Source of the DNA: Eledone cirrhosa
Taxonomy: Eukaryota
Direction: 5' to 3'
Assembly (NCBI GenBank): GCA_964016885.1
Contig: OZ024741.1
Coordinates: forward strand, 20,522,001 to 20,586,000
DNA: 64,000 nt
Part shown: in pieces, positions 53,021-64,000 of the stretch
Position numbering within the stretch: the stretch's first letter is position 1
Layout: every line of letters starts with the position of its first letter
Notes under the pieces: generated by a model
What the model saw: only the letters and a program-made list of their open reading frames with translations
What the model was told of the DNA's origin: nothing
Databases searched by the model: none
Position numbers and translations under genes: made by a program

Positions 53021-55558
53021 GTGGCCAGCGCGTGGACCCCCATTTGCTTAGAGATGGGGAGAGCGAGAAAGGTGGAAGCAGTGACTATACCAGCATTGCT
53101 AAACTATTTCGTTAAACACCTTATTCAACTGGTTTTTTTTTATTTTATTTTATTTATTTTATTTATTTTTTGTTTTTTGTTAATGTAAGAAAGTAATGAA
53201 AAAAAGTGAGAAGGGGTAAAGAAGGTCAGGTTTTGCTGTTTGGGAAAGTAGAAGAAAGGACTAATGTCATAAATATGAGATGAGAGGGGGGGGGGCTGTA
53301 AGGACTCTTGGGTCACAATCTTTCAATAAACTATAAGCATGACATAAGTTATCTCCCTTCTTCTCTCAACAAGGTGTAAGACAACCTGGTTAGGACTGTT
53401 ATATTCCGTAACTATTGTTTCTACTTTTGACACAAGGCCAGCAATTATCACAGTGTATTACTGGTACTTGATTTTATTGACCCCGTAAGGATGAAAGGCA
53501 AAGTTAGGGGATTGGCAGTATCGGTAGAGAGTCAGACACCATGCTTAGCAGCAAAGAGTTACGGTCCTTTATGGTCTGAGTTCAAATCCCGCCTAGGTTA
53601 ACTTTGCCTTTCATCCTTACGGAGTCGATAAAATAAAGTACCAGTAATGTACTGAGATAATTGCTGGCCTTGTGCCAAAAGTAGAAACAATTATTTGAAT
53701 TAGGCGCTTTTTCATTACCTGCAAAATCATTGAAAAGCTCATGTAAAGGGGAACAACTCTGTATGGAATATTATGAAGGAAATAATTATTTCCACTAAAG
53801 ACACAAAGCCAACAATTCGCAGAGCATAAGTGGCCGACGCTTAATCGATACGACCAATCCTCAGACCTATGATTAAAATGGTTTTCTGAAGTGGAGCGCC
53901 CAAATAAACACATTTAAGTTAGGCGCTTAATACATTAATAGAAAAGTATACATGTATTTCACATATAAATGACTTCTACAGAAATAAAACGTTTGAAATT
54001 ATCAAGAAAGACTTTGGTTTCCTATTCAACGTAAATATTTCTACATTGTACAAATATTTTGTCACTGATGGTGTAATTAAATGCCAACCTACTTGACTCT
54101 ACAGTTTATTTCTAGTGCAGGTTTTAAATATCTTGCACCTTTTTGTCTCTTCATTGCATGTCTACATCATATTTTATAAAACACATATCAAATGATTTTT
54201 TTCATATTTCAGTGAAATATTTTCAGCGTCCCCCGCGTTAGATCCATGATCCCCCACCACCACCACCTATAATCGAATGTCTAAATTAGCATATATTGCT
54301 TTGTAATGGATTTCTATTAAATACGTTTTGTATCCTTTTTATATATAAAATGCCACAATTAGCCGGCATTTTTTACGACACGAAAGTAACAACTGAGACA
54401 AGTGATCAAATTATTACTATTTACCAGAGTTGTCTCCCCATATACCGCACTCTTGCTTTTGTAAACTGCCAGACATTTGTATGAAAGGATTTATCTACTG
54501 GCTGAAATTACTATAAATTACACATTTGAACTCCCCTACCCTGGAGAAATGAAATCTGATGGCAACATAGACGAGAATTATACAGAGTGCAACAAAAATA
54601 CCTCCCACATTTTAACTGTTGATTGTTGTATACTAATGTAAAAAGCATGGGAAAATTTTGAAATTTGAAATGTTTGTGTTCCAATGCCCTGTCCGAGGCC
54701 CAGAACCTGTCACTCTCTCCCCTTTCCTTCTGTGGCCCAAGAGTCCTTGCTTTGCCCCTCCTTTTCCTCTCATGGAATTTATAATCCTTTCTTCTACTTT
54801 CCCACACAGCCACATCTACCCTTCTTTACCCCTTCCCCATTTTTCTTATTAATTTTGCTTTATCTTTCTATTTCATATTTATATAATCCTTGACCATAAA
54901 TTACCGATCTGCAAAGAGAAGCATACATTTGGTACGAATATTCTAATATGGGCATGCAATGCGGTTCCCATTCATGGTTAGGTCAAAGCACTTCTCTGAG
55001 GCCACTAAAGCATTCTCATTCCTGTGCTTCACTAAAATGGAGAACAGTAACAGAGCTATCATTGAAATAGGTTACAAATAAATATATACATATATATTAG
55101 GTCTGAACATAATTGTTTCTACTTTCTACCAGGCCAGAAATTATCATCATCATCATCATCGTTTAACATCCATCTTCCAGGCTTGCATGGGTTTGGACGG
55201 GAATTTTCCCACTTGAGGCAAGATTGGTTGTCTTGCTCAGGACTGTCTGGCAGGTTTTCTATGGCTGGATGCCCTTTCTAACACCAACCACGTTTACAGT
55301 GTGGACTGGGAGGTTTTTACCGTGTTACCTACACGGCCACATTACAGCGTGGACTGTGTTTTTTTGTCGTGACACCTACACGACCTCATTTATTTCGAAC
55401 TGGATGATGTGGCACCAACATAACTTTACATCGAAAGGGGTGGTGTGGATGGGGTGGGGGTAGTGGGTCTGGGGGGGGGGGGGGTATTTTTGTTAAGAGG
55501 TGCCTACTGACTGTAGGTTTCGCTTTGTACTTATCGCTTTGTACTTTCGCTTTGTACT

Positions 55559-55824
55559 TGTGAAAATACAATACTATATATAGAGTAATGTAAATGTTAT
55601 GTGAAGTAAAGCCTTTACTGTGAAAATACAATACTATATATAGAGTAATGTAAATCTTATGTGAGGTAAAGCCTTTACTGTGAAAATACAATAGTATATA
55701 GAGTAATGTAAATGTTATGTGAGATAAAGCCTTTACTGTGAAAATACAATAGTAAATATAGAGTAATGTAAATGTTATGTGAGGTAAAGCCTTTACTGTG
55801 AAAATATAATAGTAAATATAGAGT
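55559..55824. repeat. 60-bp satellite, left block (~4.4 units)
   Basis: Same monomer as 61421-64000; preceded by TCGCTTTGTACTT x3 (55519-55559). Confidence 0.95.
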
Positions 55825-56061
55825 GGTTTCTTTATTTGCCACTAGGGCACAAAAGGTAGGGACAGATACAAGGGGGGAAGTTTACATATATTTAACGAGT
55901 ACAAAAATATAACAATGAAATAACAACAACAAACAAAGTCCTCAATAGGGAGGGGGCATTAACATGGGTCGCACACACCCCGGAAAAAATGTGCAACCCT
56001 TCTCCTCAGGAGCACAAAGAGTAGGTGCCTCCCTCGTCTCCTCTTTTTCCTCTTCTTTCAC

Positions 56062-59000
56062 CTACAGGCTGATATAGAGAGAAGACCCATTCACTCTGGC
56101 CATTCTCCCTACTTTCACCCACCTTTCATAAAACTTGCTGGGGTAGAGCACCTCTCTCTCCATTCTGATCCTTCTTTTAAAATGGTATTTGAAAAAGGGG
56201 ACCAGTTGTTGGCCGGAGAGAAAGGTGTCTGACCTCAGCCCTTTCAGCCTCGTCCACCATACAACTTCTTTAGCCATGGCTATCACACAGAAAAACCGCT
56301 TCTCCTTCGTTTTTGAAAGGGGGAGGCGGTTTGATCGTGACAATGGACTCGGTGGTCAACCGGATTGGTCCCACCCTCAACAGTAGTCGTTCCACATAGC
56401 CCCACAGGTCAGCAATGCCTGGGCAGTGTACGAATGCGTGCGCAACGGTTTCGTCATCATGCACGCATCTCGGACAGATCTTATTCAAAAGATCTCTACC
56501 CAGGCTCCCATGCCTGTGGAGCTTGTCTCGAACAGGTAGAGCCCCTCGGTAGCACTGCCAAGCCAGGGACTTTTGGAAGTTGTCCATCGGTCCAGGGCCA
56601 AACGTCCTACCGAACAGACTGGCCAGTTCATCTTCCTCCATGCCTAGAGCTTCTCCGAGAGCATCGTCGCACCTGCTGCGTACCAACCCTCTATAGAATG
56701 TCGAGGTGGAGTCTCCACTGATTGCCGGGTCCGCTTTCCAGAGGGCCGTGAGCGCCTGGGCACATTCAATGTGCCAGTCGCCCACTTTTCTCGGTCTTTG
56801 CTTGACCCAGGATTGCAGCTCGGTGAGCGAGACGAGTCTGGGAAAGGCTCGCTTCACAAACGGGGCCCACACCGGTTGACCGGTGAGGAATACCTGGAGG
56901 TGCCGTAGCCTTAATGCGTGTTTATGCATCTGTAGCCACGGCATCCCCAGCCCTCCTTTCGAAGGGTGTTGACAGCAGATGGATCTCCTCACCAAAGGGG
57001 TCCGCTTGTTCCAAAGAAATTGGAACAGCGCGCACTCCATTTTGGCGAGTCTTTTCACTGGGCAAGGCACGACGGTCAAGCGGTAGTAGATGACGGATGC
57101 TATATAAGTATTCGCCACCTCCGCTCGACCTTTCAGGGATAGTTTGCACTGGGCCCACTTCTGGGTGAGTGCAAACACCCTGGCCGTTACCTCGTTCCAG
57201 TTTTTCTCCACCTGGAGGTCTGGTCCGAACCAGACCCCAAGCAGCTTCACCGGGCCCTCCGTCCAGCGTCCGACGACGTCGTTGGAGGGCATCGGTTTGC
57301 CTCTCCATGTTCCGAGTTGCAAACCGACGGACTTGTCCCGGTTCAGCTTGGCTCCTGTAAACCTTTCATATTCCTCCAGTAAGGTGCCGATCTCACCGAT
57401 TTGCGAGGTTTTCGACACCATTACTGTCACGTCATCGGCGTAGGCCGACGCTGCTTTCTGCAATCCCGGTTCCAAAGGGATGCCCTGCAACCGCTCCAAC
57501 TTCCGCAGTAGTGGCTCAAGAGCCAGCACATACAGTAGGGAGGAGAGAGGGCATCCCTGTCGGATGGATCGCATGATTTGGAACGGCTCCGAGAGGTGGC
57601 CGTTCACCTTGACCCTTGAGCAGACGTTGCTGCTGTACATCGCAGCAATCCAACCCCTGAAAACGGGTCCGAAGCCTGCCGCCGCGAGCACCGCATCCAG
57701 GTAACGATGGTCAACCCTATCGAAAGCTTTAGATTGATCCAAGTTGATCAGGGCCCCACCAAAGCCGGGTTCATTCCCTACCCTCTCTATGATGTATCGC
57801 ATAAGGTGGAGATTGTCGTGAATGGACCTGGACGGGATTGCGCATGTCTGCGCTTCTCCCACCAGGTTTCCAACGACAAGCGCCAACCTCTTCGCTAACA
57901 CCTTGGCCAAAATCTTTAACTCTGTATTTAGCAGAGTTATGGGCCTGAAGTTACTTATGTCATCCCCCTTGTTCTCATCCTTCCTCACCAGCGTAACTAC
58001 GCCCTTGGTCACAGAACTGGGAATTCTCCCGTTCTGCTGCCAGTTGCAGTAGACCGCTTCGAGGATATCGGAGAACAAGTCCGGCATCGCTACATATAGC
58101 TCGTATGGTAGACCATCGAGACCCGGGGATTTGCGTTTTCCGCATTGGCTCAGCGCCGCCCCTATCTCAGCAGCTGAAATCGTCCTTTCGCAGGACTTCG
58201 CCTCCGCGTCCGAGAGGCGCGGCAGACCGTCGAGGTATGGATTGAAATCCATAGTCTCACCCGGCGCGCCGCCCCTCTCGAACAGTCGTGCAAAGTGCCG
58301 CTGAAAGGCCGCACACATCTGCTCAGGTTGAAGGATCACACGCCCATCCTGGTCCTTCAAAGACCGAATCGTGGACTTGTTCCCACTTTTTGCCTCTGTC
58401 ACTCGGGCCCAGCTCACAGCTTTGGCTCCCTCATTACCCAGAGCACGTATTTTACTCCTGACAACGCAGCCTTCATGCTTCACCTCAAAGAACTGGTCTA
58501 AGGCCATTTTTGATGCCAGCACGCCGGCTACATTGCCACTCCTAATCGCCTCTTCTACTCTATCTACTAATTCCCTTTCCGTCTTGTTCCTATCCCTTGC
58601 TAATTCCTGACTAAAACCTATCGATTCTATTCTAATTGCTCTCTTAAGAGAGCTCCACCACCTGTTGTTGACAATTGCCCCTGTCAAACTCTGCTTAACT
58701 AACGTGCTAATCCGTTTACTGTAAGCTTTGCTTCTCGGTAGGGACAAGTTCAGCTTCCAGTAACCGGGTCCCTGTCTGTGGGTTCTATCAAGGTTGGCTA
58801 TGCAGGTCACTAACTTGTGATCCGAATAGTCAACCATGAACATTTTTGGACAGCTAAATGTGTCCCTATCCTTCTCTCTAACTAGGACCCTATCTAGGTA
58901 CGACCTAGATGTTCCGCTGCGATTGGTCCACATCCATAGTGGTACAGTCGGAAAATCTAGTCGATATCTATCGGCCAGGTCAAATCGGCCGATTAACCTT

Positions 59001-59485
59001 TTGAGGCTTTTACACCCCCCTCTATTGGCACATGCCCCTACATAGTCCCAACGTGCATCCAGGATACCATTCCAGTCCCCCACTAAAAGCAAGGAGCGGG
59101 AAGTTTCCAAACGTTGGAAGTATTCCGGCCGCGCTGCCCAAAAAGGGGCGTACACAGCTATTAGTCTAAGGGCTCCACTTTCACTACTGCCGACGTCTAA
59201 AACCACCAGTCGACCCTCCGGGTCCAGGTGCACCTTCTGTATGGCGAGGCCCAGGTGTTTTCGCAGCAGAACGACAACTCCACCCCCACCCCTCGGTTGA
59301 CAGAGAGATGCGAAGATCTCAAAGTCGTCGAAGAGGGGCGCCAGTTGGTGCTCGCTGCTGATCCTGGACTCGCAAATAGCCATTACATCCATTCTATGCG
59401 ACCTGAGATCGTTTAAAAGTTTGCCTTGTTTCCAAGACAGTCCCAGGCCACGTACATTCAGACACCCAACTCTTATATCAGCCAT
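56062..59485 (-). pseudogene. LINE ORF2 (APE-RT-CCHC) with one late frameshift
   Basis: 1071-aa ORF with GDWN, YSDHK, AYADDV, CPRC; the C-terminus continues in another frame (AMAKEVVWWTRLKGL...YISL). Confidence 0.9.
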
Positions 59486-59506
59486 GTTGGTTAAAAGAGG
59501 AAGGAC

Positions 59507-61200
59507 CTACCTGTTCGGCTCCTGAGGAGCAGGTTGCACAATATCCATGGGCGTATTGGAGGGGTTGTTCTGTGGTCGAGTGGGGGTGTATGGTGAGGTG
59601 TGGGTGGGGAAACGTTTCAAGAGGACGCGGTTATAGGGTCGAGTACATATTTTCCCCACGTCCTCAGGAAAGTTCTCTCTTAGTTTTGCATAGGTGTCCA
59701 TTGGGAGTCTTATCATTTTTAAATGCGGTTTGTTGGCCGCGCTTGCAAAGAATTGCCCTTCAGTTTCCACCGAAGGGTCTTTGTGTATTGTTTTTACTAG
59801 TTCTTTGTTATTTGTGTTAATGTATGTATACTGTTTTATTTGTGTTGTGTTTGTTTGTTGTTCTTGTGTGTGTTTACGTTTTGTTGTATGTGTTATGTTT
59901 TGGGGTGGGGCGGATTTTGTTTGTTCTGTTTGTTTTGTTTTTGTTGGTGGTTGTGTGTTTGTTTCGTTTATGTTCGAGTGGTGCTTTCTTTTTTTCCTTT
60001 TTACAGGTTGGAAGGGTTCCCCCTCTTCGTCACTAGGTGCCGTTTCAGCTGGGTCCTCGTCCGTGCTGTCGGGTAGTGGTGTATTTTGGGGTTTTGTTGT
60101 ATTTGTGTGTTTTGGGTGGGGCCGTGTCTTGTGTTATTTTTCCGTGTTGTTTTTGTTGTTGTTGGGGTGGTGGTGGTGGCGGTGGTGGTGTGTGGGGGTG
60201 TAGGCAAAAGAGCCTTTTTTTTTGTCAATTGAGGACAAGCAGCCCTTAGGTGACCCCTGCTTGAACAGTAGTAACATATGGGCCTCCTACCCTCGGCTGA
60301 AATGTATATAAATGTTTCTCCATCGAGGGACACCCTCTGTGGTATTCTAGCTATTCGTTCTGGTCTCATTTGGACCAGAACCTCCACGCTCAAACCGCCG
60401 AAAACGTCTGTGGTGACTTCTCCTACTGAGAGGATTCCGTCCTCGTCTTCTAAAAATCCTGTTAGTACCCAGGAAATGCATGCATTTGGACGGATTCCGG
60501 AGACCCTTATTTTCTGCGTTCTTTTCCCTAAATATGTGGGGAAAAATGTATGTAGCTTGGAAACAATTGGTGCCACAGAGTATTTCCTGGCCGTCAATTG
60601 ATCCTTCATTAGGACCGTTATATTCCCATAGAGTGGCCCTTTTTGTATGAACGATATATCACTCCACACATTTTTTAGGACCAGCTCAATCTCTTTTTGG
60701 GATAATTGAGCTGGTTTCCTTGTTATGTTGGAAATTGTTCTGAAAGATATCGTTCTTAGCGTCGTGTCTCTTTTGATTTCTTGTGGGGAGGTGATTGTGA
60801 AGTCTCCTCCTTCTTTGAAAGTTACATACTGTTTCGCTTCCTTCATCTTTTCTCTCAGAGTTGTAATGTCCAGTTGCTTGCAGGTTTGTGTTTTCCGGAC
60901 CGCCTGTGCAAAGGAGGCACCAGTAGTGGGTTCGCTTTGTTTGGTGTTATCGTTATTTTTTCCTTGGTTGGTGTTGTGACTATTGCTGTTATTGTCGTTG
61001 TTGTTTTTGTCTGCGTTTATGTGACTTTCTGGGTTTTCACCCATTTTTACAAATTTTTCTTTTAATTCCGTGTTCCATGTTTCTTTTGCAGAAGTGAGGA
61101 GGGAAGACTTAGAGCCTTGTGCTTCTAGCTTCTCTGTATCACCTTTCTTAGGGGGCATGGCTTTCACGTTAGGATGAGATGTGAAAATTCCGTCCATTTC
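59507..61200 (-). pseudogene. LINE ORF1, frameshifted in its low-complexity C-terminal part
   Basis: SFAQAV motif, EGRRPICYYCSSRGHLRAAC; homologous to 9307-11403. Confidence 0.8.
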
Positions 61201-61420
61201 TATTAGTTTGCCGTAATAAGTTTTTAACGGGAAAATTCGCCCCAAAAAGGGGCGAAAATAAGTAAACTCAAAGTTTGACGACCAAGGCAAGGGGTTAACG
61301 TATATTACAGTATAAAAAATTAATCAAAACTCACTTTTGAGTAAGTAAATCCGACTCGGTAGCCGAGCTTGTTCACACACGTCAACACACGTCTCTCGTA
61401 TACGAGATGTTATGTGAGAT

Positions 61421-64000
61421 ATTATGTGAGGTAAAGCCTTTACTGTGAAAATACAATAGTAAATATAGAGTAATGTAAATGTTATGTGAGGTAAAGCCTT
61501 TACTGTGAAAATATAATAGTAAATATAGAGTAATGTAAATGTTATGTGAGGTAAAGCCTTTACTGTGAAAATACAATAGTATATATAGAGTAATGTAAAT
61601 GTTATGTGAGGTAAAGCCTTTACTGTGAAAATACAATAGTAAATATAGAGTAATGTAAATGTTATGTGAGGTAAAGCCTTTACTGTGAAAATACAATAGT
61701 ATATATAGAGTAATGTAAATGTTATGTGAGGTAAAGCCTTAACTGTGAAAATACAATAGTAAATATAGAGTAATGTAAATGTTATGTGAGGTAAAGCCTT
61801 TACTGTGAAGATACAATAGTATATATAGAGTAATGTAAATGTTATGTGAGGTAAAGCCTTTACTGTGAAAATACAATACTATATATAGAGTAATGTAAAT
61901 GTTATGTGAGGTAAAGCCTTTACTGTGAAAATACAATAGTATATATAGAGTAATGTAAATGTTATGTGAGGTAAAGCCTTTACTGTGAAAATACAATACT
62001 ATATATGGTGTAATGTAAATGTTATGTGAGGTAAAGCCTTTACTGTGAAAATACAATACTATATATAGAGTAATGTAAATGTTATGTGAGGTAAAGCCTT
62101 TACTGTGAAAATACAATAGTATATATAGAGTAATGTAAATGTTATGTGAGGTAAAGCCTTTACTGTGAAAATACAATAGTAAATATAGAGTAATGTAAAT
62201 GTTATGTGAGGTAAAGCCTTTACTGTGAAAATACAATAGTAAATATAGAGTAATGTAAATTTTATATGAGGTAAAGCCTTTACTGTGAAAATATAATAGT
62301 AAATATATAGTAATGTAAATGTTATGTGAGGTAAAGCCTTTACTGTGAAAATACAATACTATATATAGAGTAATATAAATGTTATGTGAGGTAAAGCCTT
62401 TACTGTGAAAATACAATAGTATATATAGAGTAATGTAAATGTTATGTGAGGTAAAGCCTTTACTGTGAAAATACAATAGTATATATAGAGTAATGTAAAT
62501 GTTATGTGAGGTAAAGCCTTTACTGTGAAAATATAATAGTAAATATAGAGTAATGTAAATGTTATGTGAGGTAAAGCCTTTACTGTGAACATACAATAGT
62601 ATATATAGAGTAATGTAAATGCTATGTGAGGTAAAGCCTTTACTGTGAAAATACAATAGTATATATAGAGTAATGTAAATGTTATGTGAGGTAAAGCCTT
62701 TACTGTGAAAATACAATAGTATATATAGAGTAATGTAAATGTTATGTGAGGTAAAGCCTTTACTGTGAAAATATAATAGTAAATATAGAGTAATGTAAAT
62801 GTTATGTGAGGTAAAGCCTTTACTGTGAAAATACAATACTATATATAGAGTAATGTAAATGTTATGTGAGGTAAAGCCTTTACTGTGAAAATACAATAGT
62901 ATATATAGAGTAATGTAAATGTTATGTGAGGTAAAGCCTTTACTTTGAAAATACAATACTATATATAGAGTAATGTAAATGTTATGTGAGGTAAAGCCTT
63001 TACTGTGAAAATACAATAGTATATATAGAGTAATGTAAATGTTATGTGAGGTAAAGCCTTTACTGTGAAAATATAATAGTAAATATAGAGTAATGTAAAT
63101 GTTATGTGAGGTAAAGCCTTTACTGTGAACATACAATAGTATATATACAGTAATGTAAATGCTATGTGAGGTAAAGCCTTTACTGTGAAAATACAATAGT
63201 ATATATAGAGTAATGTAAATGTTATGTGACGTAAAGCCTTTACTGTGAAAATACAATACTATATATAGAGTAATGTAAATGTTATGTGAGGTAAAGCCTT
63301 TACTGTGAAAATACAATACTATATATAGAGTAATGTAAATGTTATGTGAGGTAAAGCCTTTACTGTAAAAATACAATAGTATATATAGAGTAATGTAAAT
63401 GTTATGTGAGGTAAAGCCTTAACTGTGAAAATACAATAGTAAATATAGAGTAATGTAAATGTTATGTGAGGTAAAGCCTTTACTGTGAAAATACAATAGT
63501 ATATATAGAGTAATGTAAATGTTATGTGAGGTAAAGCCTTTACTGTGAAAATATAATAGTAAATATAGAGTAATGTAAATGTTATGTGAGGTAAAGCCTT
63601 TACTGTGAAAATACAATACTATATATAGAGTAATGTAAATGTTATGTGAGGTAAAGCCTTTACTGTGAAAATACAATAGTAAATATAGAGTAATGTAAAT
63701 GTTATGTGAGGTAAAGCCTTTACTGTGAAAATACAATAGTATATATAGAGTAATGTAAATGTTATGTGAGGTAAAGCCTTTACTGTGAAAATACAATAGT
63801 ATATATAGAGTAATGTAAATGTTATGTGAAGTAAAGCCTTTACTGTGAAAATACAATACTATATATAGAGTAATGTAAATCTTATGTGAGGTAAAGCCTT
63901 TACTGTGAAAATACAATAGTATATATAGAGTAATGTAAATGTTATGTGACGTAAAGCCTTTACTGTGAAAATACAATACTATATATAGAGTAATGTAAAT
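61421..64000. repeat. 60-bp satellite array, 43 units to the window end
   Basis: Monomer TACTGTGAAAATACAATAGTATATATAGAGTAATGTAAATGTTATGTGAGGTAAAGCCTT, in exact 60-bp register with few substitutions per unit. Confidence 0.99.

Larger units (their letters stand above)
55825..61392 (-). mobile_element. Near full-length L1/Tx1-type LINE copy 3, flanked by the 60-bp satellite
   Basis: ORF1 pieces (60001-61290, 59507-59770; CYYCSSRGHLRAAC) and ORF2 (56270-59485 plus 56062-56343). Confidence 0.92.

Noticed and set aside
61382-63976. 545-aa, 185-aa and 104-aa ORFs of repeated YFHSKGFTSHNIYITLYILL
   Set aside because: By-product of a 60-bp satellite with one stop-free frame; no ATG start or gene context.
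61421-64000. CRISPR-like regular array
   Set aside because: No unique spacers and no cas genes; eukaryotic head-to-tail satellite.

Overview
Repeat-rich, AT-rich animal genomic DNA. The SINE, MITE and microsatellite content resembles an octopus/coleoid cephalopod genome (inference). Host content is small: one tRNA-Leu(AAG) gene (28328-28409, -) and a probable first coding exon of ribose-5-phosphate isomerase A (37609/37726-37788, +), whose intron seems to run past the window end. The rest is nested mobile DNA: three related L1/Tx1-type LINEs (one full-length with two open ORFs, one near full-length inside a 60-bp satellite), decayed RTE LINEs plus short bipartite RTE derivatives, R4/Dong-type and CRE-type RLE LINE remnants, Penelope-like remnants with hammerhead-ribozyme-like motifs, two copies of a non-coding LTR element (tRNA-Trp PBS, TG...AA ends), a DD37D/maT-like transposase relic, MITEs and about 20 SINE copies. 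Strongest observations: (1) the 60-bp satellite monomer is present as a single copy (58/60 identical) inside a TTAA-ended MITE 10-16 kb away, so the satellite's origin is visible; (2) the Tx1-like LINEs have no poly(A) tail and sit in AAT-rich targets; (3) several hammerhead-like motifs lie at (TA)n-embedded element ends; (4) the RPIA exon has an in-frame upstream ATG encoding a presequence-like extension. Repeat boundaries were read by eye and are approximate unless stated.
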